From NCBI GenBank assembly GCA_963695545.1, contig OY968796.1, positions 736,001 through 800,000 of the forward strand: a stretch of DNA of 64,000 nt. The letters are read 5' to 3'. The notes under the pieces are model-generated. The model was not told the DNA's origin and made no database searches. It saw only the letters and a list, made by a program, of their open reading frames with translations. Source of the DNA: Terriglobia bacterium. GTDB lineage: Bacteria; Acidobacteriota; Terriglobia; Acidiferrales; UBA7541. The position numbers and the translations under genes are program-made. Below are positions 49,601 through 57,111 of the stretch, in pieces; positions within the stretch are counted from its first letter, which is position 1; each line of letters starts with the position of its first letter.

Positions 49601-50475
49601 CCAATCCCGGCTGCATCAATCCCCAACCGGATGGAGTCGCCGTTGATCCGCAGAATAACGTCGCTGTGGCTTCGCTCGATGGATGCAACTCCGTTGCCGT
49701 GGTCAACCTCTCGAATGGCATGGGCTCGATCGTATCCGTTGGGGAGTCTCCAACCGGCGTTGCGGTCTTGCCAAACGTTCACTTGGCCGCGGTGGCGAAT
49801 TTCAATAGCAACAACGTAAGCATCGTGGACACCATCGCCCTCGACGTCACGCAAACCGAGACAGTCGGCTCAGGACCGCTCGGTGTCGACGCCGACCAAA
49901 ACACCGGAGAGGTCGCGGTTGCCTGCAGCGGGGCTGACACCGTCAGTATTTTCAACGCCATCACACCAGCGGGGGAGAGCAGCCTTAGCGCTGATCAGTA
50001 CCCATACGACGTGGCAATTGATCCAATCGACGATTATATCGCCTCGGCCAACGCCGTCGGCAATGACCTCACAGTGGAGAACGCCGTCACAAGCGAGCCC
50101 GCCTTCTCCCCCTTCACAGGTATGGAACAGCCGACCGGCGTGATCTACGACCCGATCGGTTATCAGTTCCTGGTAGCTTCGAGCTTGAGCAACCAGATTT
50201 TTCTGGCGTCGGCGGTTTCCCAGCAGTCCACAGCATTCTCTGTGGGCATTAACCCGACCTCGATCGCCTACAATCCGTTCTCCAGCACTTTGGTCACTAC
50301 GAACACGGAGAGCGGCACGATGACGGTCGTCGATCTTCTGGCTCGGCAAATTCGTTCCGTGCTCTCGGTGAATTCAGGCGCGCAGTTCGCCGTGGCTATC
50401 CATCCGTGGACGAACGTTGCCACAGTCGCTGATACGGTGGACAACAAGTTGATTTTCATACCGCTGCCCCGCTGA
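46678..50475 (+). CDS. Large Thr/Ser/Val-rich lipoprotein with Ig-like, IPT/TIG-like and YVTN-like beta-propeller domains
   Basis: Lipobox ITLG-C; two FTxTVxGTTNTAVTW Ig repeats; many P.GVAVD / P.xIAxNP blades. Alternative ATG at 46588 overlaps the bamA stop. Confidence 0.8.
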   Translation: MRARKFWLALGLLCAAITLGCSSSPSNIVITLSETAVVVDLNTQQAFTATVSGTTNTAVTWEVTGATGAAVAGGNTTIGTIDTNGTYTAPAVLPCVPTPTAACMVTVTAVSSANTSITASATVTLSSGITLTVSPASATIGTQESYPFTSTVAGTTNTAVTWCVDYTPSGGSLECTTSNPNGTIGASTGTFTAPEFAPTAAVTLVATSVQDPSVTADATVTVITAVDPTVSAVSPTTAPQGSTFEDVYLTGTNFISTTSVLVNGTPLPAFNNGVDSVSLPNPTFAGLGSTNAIGGETTTLRARIPDFMLTTPPTPPNTTSTLTITVERQGGTPQSCASPALCQIALTPVRPAIAGPSPDSVLQGSAGSVNFNVDGGYFGTNSSPVVTGKFNGSARTTVVNSSLNPVNSGRQLSVVVGGGLNAGDLTTPGLYPVTIQNNAEPQQVATANLAVRPAYSPPASVISTITNTVASLPGTKPSAVAIDTSTALAVVVNSGSNDVTLLDLSSGTPVVVVASLCTGAVSPAPTPCPVSGPTGVAVDNIRHIALVANDTANPPTIAVINLTTRQVTSLINTSEIITGNNTTASPFSVGINPTTGHAIVAFKSTNIAALIDLTQNPPVISGVVTASTGASPEIAVDAELDWAAITPGGLGAMTLVNLGRQNSEPIAAASAATPGAVRSAGTVTITTTSTQYLQPNQSVLIQGVADPSFDGTYTVLSVTSNTSFTYSQSDTTNSTSGGGSITYASPVATLAVALTVQGISFNPETHTAILTDPSPIDTSEAALIYSEFNQASTPISLQAGYVAAAFNQLTNTGVIINTMLNQALVIDPTQPAAIQELTTNLNAPVAIACDPITNQFLIINQGSNTVADYSLGTVRPLQITEVSPLVYNLTSSLTTPAVPAPQTLTIVGGGFSSSSVARLDGVPLPTTFTSSRSLQVSVPAAMLSSPRRFALDVLNPGPAVSNGEEFIVTQTVDLTNPGCINPQPDGVAVDPQNNVAVASLDGCNSVAVVNLSNGMGSIVSVGESPTGVAVLPNVHLAAVANFNSNNVSIVDTIALDVTQTETVGSGPLGVDADQNTGEVAVACSGADTVSIFNAITPAGESSLSADQYPYDVAIDPIDDYIASANAVGNDLTVENAVTSEPAFSPFTGMEQPTGVIYDPIGYQFLVASSLSNQIFLASAVSQQSTAFSVGINPTSIAYNPFSSTLVTTNTESGTMTVVDLLARQIRSVLSVNSGAQFAVAIHPWTNVATVADTVDNKLIFIPLPR

Positions 50476-50555
50476 TTTCCGCGCGGAGCAACTAGCTCGC
50501 ACCGGTCGCCGGCCCTTCCGCGGCAACCGGAGTTCAGCATGACTGGGATTTCGGG

Positions 50556-50585
50556 TTGACGCCCGGAAACCACGACACCTATAAT
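50556..50585 (+). promoter_or_regulatory. Sigma70-type promoter of skp
   Basis: TTGACG, 18-nt spacer, TATAAT. Confidence 0.65.
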
Positions 50586-50623
50586 CGGCGGTTTGTGACT
50601 CGTCGAAAGAATAAGGAGTGAGA

Positions 50624-51265
50624 ATGAACGTCCATTTTTCCCTGAAACATGTGCCGGCAGCACTTCTGGTAGTTTTCCTTTTCGCCACCGGAGCCTGGGC
50701 CCAAGGCGGCGCCGCAGCGGCTGCGCCCCCTGCAACAAAGATTGTCGCTCTCGACGTTCAGGGCGCGATTGCAGCCACGGCCGAAGGCAAGGAAGCTGCG
50801 ATTGAATTGCAATCGAAGTTCGCGCCGAAGGAAACGCAGTTGCAAGACATTCAGAAGAATATCGAGGACATTCAGAACCGCCTCCAGAACGGCCAAGCCA
50901 CGCTGAGCGATGAGGAAAAGTCCAGCTTGCAGCGGCAGGGCGAGTTGTACAGCCACGAGCTACAGCGCGGTCAGGACGATCTCCAGGAGCAAGTGACCGC
51001 TGACCGGCAGGACGTCGTCGACCGCATCGGCCGAAAGTTGCTCGACGTGGTCGACCGGTACGCCCGCGAAAACGGTATCGCTATGGTGCTCGATTCCTCC
51101 GTGCAAGGCGGATCACTGCTCTACAGGTCGCCCCAGGTGGACATCACCAACGACATCGTTCGTCTGTACGATCAGGCCTACCCTGTTAAACCCGCAACGG
51201 CAGCGACGCCTCCGGCGAGCCATGCTCCTGCGACTCCGAAGCCCGCTACGCCGCCGCAGCGATAA
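50624..51265 (+). CDS. skp: Periplasmic chaperone Skp/OmpH
   Basis: Signal peptide, KIVALDVQ, long coiled coil, VLDS...DITNDIV; AAGGAG SD. Confidence 0.9.
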   Translation: MNVHFSLKHVPAALLVVFLFATGAWAQGGAAAAAPPATKIVALDVQGAIAATAEGKEAAIELQSKFAPKETQLQDIQKNIEDIQNRLQNGQATLSDEEKSSLQRQGELYSHELQRGQDDLQEQVTADRQDVVDRIGRKLLDVVDRYARENGIAMVLDSSVQGGSLLYRSPQVDITNDIVRLYDQAYPVKPATAATPPASHAPATPKPATPPQR

Positions 51266-51450
51266 GCGCCCGCAACTGGACTGGGCCGAGCTTCCCCCGC
51301 TTTTCATTCCGAAGGCGGGGGTGTAGGCGCCGGTCGTCCGTCGAATCGAGCGGAATTTGACTCGCTTCGGCACGAGAGCTAGGCAGAAGTTCCAAACGCA
51401 GCTACAATGTTTCGGCCTTCCCAAACGGATTTCCACTAAGGATTCAGGGC

Positions 51451-52134
51451 GTGGAACCGATAGTCGTCACCGAGAACCTCTGGAAAATTCATCACGCGGG
51501 CAAACTCGAAGTGCCCGCTCTGCGTGGGGTAAATCTCCAGGTAATGCCCGGCGAATCGGTCGCCGTGATGGGCCCGTCGGGCTGCGGTAAATCGACTTTG
51601 CTCTACGTCCTCGGCGGCCTGGCGCGCGCCACGCGGGGCAAGGTGCTTGTCGATGGCAACGATCTGGCGATCATGAGTGACGCTGAGCGCACCAAGCTCC
51701 GCCGCCACAAAATTGGCTTCGTCTTCCAGCGCTTCAACCTTCTGCCCACGCTTGATGCGCGCGGCAATATCGCTATCGCCCAGCACATTCACGGCAATGG
51801 ATTCGATCCGCACCGCTTTGAGATCGTCACCAAGATGCTCGGCCTCTCGGGTCGCCTCCGTCATCGCCCTTCGGAGCTCTCCGGTGGAGAGCAGCAGCGC
51901 GTAGCCATCGCTCGGGCCATCATCAACGAACCGAAAATCGTGCTCGCCGATGAGCCCACCGGCAATCTCGACACCGAGAATTCCCAAGCCGTGCTGGCCA
52001 TGCTGCGCCATTTGAACAAGGAACTGGGCCAAACCATCATCATGATCACGCACAACCCGGAAGCCGCCACGCACTCTGACCGCATCGTGCACATGCGCGA
52101 CGGCGTGATCGTGGACGGCGTGCCCGCCGAGTAA
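51451..52134 (+). CDS. ABC transporter ATPase, LolD/MacB family
   Basis: [43 protein letters not shown]. Confidence 0.92.
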   Translation: MEPIVVTENLWKIHHAGKLEVPALRGVNLQVMPGESVAVMGPSGCGKSTLLYVLGGLARATRGKVLVDGNDLAIMSDAERTKLRRHKIGFVFQRFNLLPTLDARGNIAIAQHIHGNGFDPHRFEIVTKMLGLSGRLRHRPSELSGGEQQRVAIARAIINEPKIVLADEPTGNLDTENSQAVLAMLRHLNKELGQTIIMITHNPEAATHSDRIVHMRDGVIVDGVPAE

Positions 52135-52138
52135 GGCC

Positions 52139-52534
52139 ATGCGTACGCTTTGGCGCGTCATCTCCCGCATCGCGTTCTGGTCTTACGATCGCGGGACCTG
52201 GCCCTACGACGTGGCCGTCGCGGCCATCGTGCTGTTCGTTTTGTTCTCGCCTCGCTCGTGGTTTCATGATCAGCCCGCCGTCGGCCCGCCCGCTGCGCAG
52301 ACGCTCGTCGTGCTGGAATCCCCCGCCAGCCCCGGAGGCACGGAAACTTATCGCGTGGACGCACGCCTGCTGGCTTCGCCTATCCGCACGCCCGAGCTCG
52401 AACACGATTTGCACGACGCCATGCGCAAGAACACCGAAAGTCTCCGGCATGGCAATTTTCACATTCTGCGCATCGAACCCATCCGCGGGGAAGGCGATAC
52501 CGTCAGTTACTACGACGTCACGATTTCGCCCTGA
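52139..52534 (+). CDS. Single-TM hypothetical protein
   Basis: FWSYDRGTWPYD followed by one TM; operonic spacing. Confidence 0.7.
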   Translation: MRTLWRVISRIAFWSYDRGTWPYDVAVAAIVLFVLFSPRSWFHDQPAVGPPAAQTLVVLESPASPGGTETYRVDARLLASPIRTPELEHDLHDAMRKNTESLRHGNFHILRIEPIRGEGDTVSYYDVTISP

Positions 52535-52685
52535 CCGCGCCCGCGGCTCCCGCGCGGTTCATGTTTCGCCCGTTGGAACCGGCGCCGAGCCCGGGGCATC
52601 TTAGTCTTGTGTGGTGTGCTACGATGCCCAAGCGGTTCTGTGCCCGCCCGCAAGCGCAACAACGCAGTGGAATAGCGAGGAATTA

Positions 52686-53408
52686 TTGAAACTGTCCTGG
52701 CCACATCGGTACATCTGCGCCGCGCTCATGGCAGCCGCGGGCTTGTGCCTGGCCGTCGCTGGGCCCACTCCGGCCAGAAGCGCGCCGCAAACGCAGTGGA
52801 CGCTCGAAACAATCCTGCGCCAACTCGACGCGCAATCCAAGGATTTCACGAGTCTCACCGCGGACATGGAGCGCACCAAGGTCACCGTCGTCGTCGACGA
52901 TAAATCCACGGATAGCGGAAAGATTTTCGTCCGGCGCGACGATAAAATGCGCATCGAGTTCACCAGCCCCGATCCGCGCACGGTCCTCCTGAACGGCGAT
53001 TCCCTGTACGTCTACACGCCGAAGATCAATCGCGTCGATGAATACAGCATCGCCAAACACAAGGACCTGGCGGATCAGTTTCTTCTGCTGGGTTTCGGCA
53101 CTTCGGGCACCGCGCTCCAAAAGAACTACGACATTACCTTCCAGGACGAAGAAACGCTGGACGGCCGCAAAACCCTGATGCTCGAACTCACGCCGAAATC
53201 CGCGGACATGCGCAACCAGATTTCCAAGGTTCAAATCTGGCTCGACGAAGCCACCTGGCTTCCCGCGCAGCAGAAATTTTTTGAGACTGGCTCAGGAGAC
53301 TATTTCACGGTCCACTACACCAACGTCGTTCGCAACGTCCGCATTCCTGACGCGCGCTTTCGCCCGCAATGGCCAAAGGGCGTGACCAAGGTCAAACAGG
53401 ACAGCTAG
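52686..53408 (+). CDS. lolA: Outer-membrane lipoprotein carrier LolA family
   Basis: Signal peptide; SLTADM...GKIFVRR..KMRIEF..P, LELTPK, IWLD, IPDARF; GAGG SD before TTG 52686. Confidence 0.75.
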   Translation: MKLSWPHRYICAALMAAAGLCLAVAGPTPARSAPQTQWTLETILRQLDAQSKDFTSLTADMERTKVTVVVDDKSTDSGKIFVRRDDKMRIEFTSPDPRTVLLNGDSLYVYTPKINRVDEYSIAKHKDLADQFLLLGFGTSGTALQKNYDITFQDEETLDGRKTLMLELTPKSADMRNQISKVQIWLDEATWLPAQQKFFETGSGDYFTVHYTNVVRNVRIPDARFRPQWPKGVTKVKQDS

Positions 53409-53438
53409 ATCCCCGCGTCTTCCGGTTCTCGGCGCTCG

Positions 53439-54587
53439 TCAGTTCGCCGATTTCTTTTTCCCACGTGCCCCGCGATTCCATCGCATCTCTTGCTCCAGCA
53501 GCGCGTTCTTTCGCTCGACGCCCCAGCGGTAGCCACCCATGCCGCCGTCTTGGCGCACCACGCGATGGCAGGGAATCACGAGCGAAACTGGATTCGTCGC
53601 GCAGGCCCGAGCCACCGCTCGCGCCGCTTTCGGATGGCCCAACCCGCGCGCGATTTCACCGTACGATTGCGTCGTGCCGCGCGGGATGCGGCGCAGCGCC
53701 TCCCAAACGCGCCGCTGGAACGCCGTGGCCTGCACGTCGAGCGGCAAATCCAAGCTCGGCGCGCGTCCATCCAGATAGCGCACGATGGCCCGCACCCAAG
53801 CCGAGGCCTCGCGGCCGCCCGGGCGTAGCGCCGCCTGCGGATACTCCCGTCGCAATGCATCCGTGAGCGCGGAGTCCCGATCGCCCAAGTACACGGCCGA
53901 AATTCCGCGCGCCGTCGCGCCGACCAGCACGCGTCCCAGGCGCGATCCCGCCAGCGTGTAGGTGATCTCCATTCCGCGGCCGCCTCGGCGATAGGCTGCG
54001 GGCGTCATTCCCAACTGCGCGTTCGATTGTTCGTACAGTCGGCTCGATGAACCATATCCAGCTTCGTACATCGCTTCTGTCACGGTGGTGTCTCCTTTTC
54101 GCAACCGACGCTTCAATCGCCCCACGCGCAAGGCGTCGGCATATTGGCGCGGCGTGATGCCCATCGCGCGGCGAAACATCCGCGCGAGTTGATGCGACGC
54201 TAGGCCCGCGCGCGCCGCCAGTGTCGCGAGATGAATCGGCTCTTCCGAATCGCCCTCGATCTCCCGGCAAACCCGTCGAATCAGCGCGCCGCGGGATTCT
54301 GCCGTGCCAGATCCGTCCGCGCCCACGGCCGCGCCCGGCCTGCAGCGCAGGCACGCCCGAAATCCCGCGCGACCCGCCGCTTCCGGCGTCGCGAAGAAAA
54401 CCACCTGCGCGCGCCGCGGCCTGCGCGAAGCGCATCCCGGCCGGCAATAAATGCCTGTCGAGCGCACCGCGTAAACAAACGCGCCGTCGAATCGCGCGTC
54501 ATGCATTCTGACGGCGTCCCAATAACGCCGCGAGTCGCGCGCCAAAACGCGGCCCTTCGCACTTCGCGCGCTGGAGGCCGATTTCAT
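53439..54587 (-). CDS. ada: Bifunctional transcriptional activator / O6-methylguanine-DNA methyltransferase Ada
   Basis: STGIYCRPGC...FRACLRCRP Zn site, AraC HTH, IPCHRV active site. Confidence 0.94.
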   Translation of the reverse strand: MKSASSARSAKGRVLARDSRRYWDAVRMHDARFDGAFVYAVRSTGIYCRPGCASRRPRRAQVVFFATPEAAGRAGFRACLRCRPGAAVGADGSGTAESRGALIRRVCREIEGDSEEPIHLATLAARAGLASHQLARMFRRAMGITPRQYADALRVGRLKRRLRKGDTTVTEAMYEAGYGSSSRLYEQSNAQLGMTPAAYRRGGRGMEITYTLAGSRLGRVLVGATARGISAVYLGDRDSALTDALRREYPQAALRPGGREASAWVRAIVRYLDGRAPSLDLPLDVQATAFQRRVWEALRRIPRGTTQSYGEIARGLGHPKAARAVARACATNPVSLVIPCHRVVRQDGGMGGYRWGVERKNALLEQEMRWNRGARGKKKSAN

Positions 54588-54789
54588 GATTCGCGGAGCT
54601 TCCTCATCTCGAAAACAAGTTTGCACAACAACCGATCGCGATTCTATCCGATTCTAACGCTCAAAGTGATCGCCGCCGCGCAGTAGCCCTTAAGACACGC
54701 CCGCAGCAGTCCAGGTTTGACGCGCCTATTCCCATGGCGGATAGTGGCCCGCGAGCGGTGCCAGAAACGCTGACTGAGGGGAGAAGTCT

Positions 54790-55320
54790 ATGCGCACTGC
54801 TCGACTCCAAACTTCATTGACTGACATCAAGACCTCGCCTGGCCGGTCCGACGGCGCCGGCGGAGGCTTGCGCGCCTCGAGCGTCATGGGCACGCCCGAA
54901 ACGCCGCAATGGGTTGAGCGCGCGCGGCCGCGCGGCATCCGGCGCGTTCCCACGCACACAGTCGGCGTCCCCAACGAGCGCCGCGCTTACGCGCGCGCCC
55001 ATCTGCGCCTGGCGCTCCGCGTCACGCGCGTGGCCGGTCAGCGCCAGCCCGACGCTGTTCGCCTGTGCACGCGAGACATCAGCTCCAGCGGCGTGTTTTT
55101 CCTTTGCCCGCAGCGCATCGAACCCGGCACGCCTGTCGAAATCGAAGTGGCCCTGGTGGACCGGCCGCAGCAACGCGGCAGCGTTCAGATGATCACCAAA
55201 GCGCACATCGTGCGTGCCGAGCCCGCGCGCGCCAATGGATTGCATGGCCTCGCCGCAATCTTCGACGACATCACGTTTCATCGCAGCGATCCTCTCCCGC
55301 CGCGCTTCCATACGATTTAA
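54790..55320 (+). CDS. PilZ-domain protein with low-complexity N-terminus
   Basis: ERRAYAR (RxxxR) and DISSSG (DxSxxG). Confidence 0.78.
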   Translation: MRTARLQTSLTDIKTSPGRSDGAGGGLRASSVMGTPETPQWVERARPRGIRRVPTHTVGVPNERRAYARAHLRLALRVTRVAGQRQPDAVRLCTRDISSSGVFFLCPQRIEPGTPVEIEVALVDRPQQRGSVQMITKAHIVRAEPARANGLHGLAAIFDDITFHRSDPLPPRFHTI

Positions 55321-55380
55321 TCGCACGCCGCAGCCGGCCCTTTTTCGTGCCGGGAATATTGCGCTAGGATCGTAGTCTTC

Positions 55381-56034
55381 ATGGCGTCCCTCCCGGCTCC
55401 CGTGCGCGGCGTGCTGCTCGATTGGGACGGCACGCTCGTCGATTCCTACCAAGCCGACGCGCGCGCTTACCTTGAGATGTTCCGCAAGCTCGGAATCGAT
55501 TGGACGCTCAAAGATCTCGCGCGCCACTATTCCCCGAATTGGTACAACGTCTATCGCGCCGCGCGAATTCCTCGCGCGCAGTGGAAGCGCGCCGATTTTC
55601 TTTGGCGACGCGCGTATCGCTATCAAGACGCCCGGCCCTATCCCGGCGCGCATCGCGCGCTCGCCGCACTCGCGCGTCGCTACCGCGTCGGCCTTGTTAC
55701 CGGTGGGGGCCGCGCACGCGTCCACCGCCAACTCGTCGAGTTTGATCTTGAGCGCGCCTTTGCTGTGCGCGTTTTCAGCGAAAATACGGCACACAAAAAG
55801 CCCCACCCCGCGCCGCTGCTCCTCGCTCTGCGCCGCCTCGGACTCCCTTGCGAAGAGAGCGTCTACGTCGGCGACGCGCCACAAGACATCGAAATGGCGC
55901 GCAATGCCGGCGTTTTTTCCATCGCCGTCATCGGCACGTCTCCCGTGCCCGCGCGACTAAAAGCCGCGCGCCCCGACGCGCGCATCGATTCCATAAAAGA
56001 ATTGCCGCAATTCCTTCGCAGCCTCAAACGGTAG
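55381..56034 (+). CDS. HAD hydrolase (phosphoglycolate phosphatase-like)
   Basis: LDWDGTLVDS, KKPHP, YVGDAPQD. Confidence 0.88.
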   Translation: MASLPAPVRGVLLDWDGTLVDSYQADARAYLEMFRKLGIDWTLKDLARHYSPNWYNVYRAARIPRAQWKRADFLWRRAYRYQDARPYPGAHRALAALARRYRVGLVTGGGRARVHRQLVEFDLERAFAVRVFSENTAHKKPHPAPLLLALRRLGLPCEESVYVGDAPQDIEMARNAGVFSIAVIGTSPVPARLKAARPDARIDSIKELPQFLRSLKR

Positions 56035-56061
56035 GTTTCGGAAAGAGGATTGGCTTCGGGT

Positions 56062-56982
56062 TCAGTGTGCCGGTGCGCCGGCTGGCAATGGCGCAGTGCC
56101 GGCAGCGGATGCCGAAGGGGGTAGCGGCACAGCCTGGTAGTCGGTCCAGCGAATAATCAAGCGAATCGGAATGATCGCGTCCTTCGTGGTCACTTGATCG
56201 TCCGAGCGAGAATACGCGGGAAACCAATCGTCGCCCACCGGCTGCCGGTAGGTCTCAAACGTGACGAACGGCAGTTTGGGTGACTTCACATCTCCCAACT
56301 CGCTGACCCACTTTCCGTAACTTTTCACGATCGCCAGTTCTTGATCGTCCACCCAAACCACGCCTGAAAAATATGCGTGCTGCCGGTCTACTTGCCTGGG
56401 CTCCACGGAAAATACATACGTGTCCAGTTCATCCACTTTCTGCCTGCCCTGATACGTGATGGTGTACTTCGCAAGCTGGTCGGTAGTCAGCGGAAATTGC
56501 GGAATCATCGCCACCGCCACAACGTCTTCGGGCGCGAATTGCAGAAAATGAAGGTCTCCGGCCGTCGGAGGCGGACCTGGCGGCGCGTTCGGACTGGCCG
56601 TGCTCGCGTCGCTTCCCGAAGTAGGCGCTCCGATCACCCGCTCGTAGCGCTGGCCGTCGGACCCGAAAAACGGCGTGGTGATCACTTCAACCTGGCCCGT
56701 CGGCTTTCCGTTATCCCCGATCTCTTGGACCAGGATGCTCTTGCGATAGCCAAACCCCCGGCTGTCTCGCGCGAAAACATCTTCTTTCGCCGCAAAGCGC
56801 TTAATGATTTCATCGGGAGGGATCGCGCTCGCCTCCGGCGTCGAGTTAGCCGGGATGCGCATGACGGTGCGCGGCGGGGCCGTAGTCATCGGCCCGGTCG
56901 TGCTGCCTTGCGCCGCCAGGCGCGGGCAAATCGCGGCGCCGGCCGTGAGCGCGAAGAGGATTGCGAAAAGCTTCTTGCTCAT
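56062..56982 (-). CDS. Exported hypothetical protein (possibly LolA/MucB-like beta fold)
   Basis: Signal peptide; YVFSVEP...FSGVVWVD...IVK pattern resembling lipoprotein-sorting-fold proteins. Confidence 0.65.
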   Translation of the reverse strand: MSKKLFAILFALTAGAAICPRLAAQGSTTGPMTTAPPRTVMRIPANSTPEASAIPPDEIIKRFAAKEDVFARDSRGFGYRKSILVQEIGDNGKPTGQVEVITTPFFGSDGQRYERVIGAPTSGSDASTASPNAPPGPPPTAGDLHFLQFAPEDVVAVAMIPQFPLTTDQLAKYTITYQGRQKVDELDTYVFSVEPRQVDRQHAYFSGVVWVDDQELAIVKSYGKWVSELGDVKSPKLPFVTFETYRQPVGDDWFPAYSRSDDQVTTKDAIIPIRLIIRWTDYQAVPLPPSASAAGTAPLPAGAPAH

Positions 56983-57111
56983 TCGATTTCCGATCGAGAT
57001 TCGCGCGCTCATCGAAATTGCATCGCGCCCCGAGGATATCTCTCGCATACGAATTACGATGCCGCCGGCCGCATTTTCGCTTCCTGCGTTCCGGCGCGTT
57101 TCGCGTCGCCG

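Noticed and set aside
51293..51321. Hairpin CCCCGCTTTT/GAAGGCGGGG after skp
   Set aside because: No following U-tract and no second copy seen; cannot be called a terminator or REP element.
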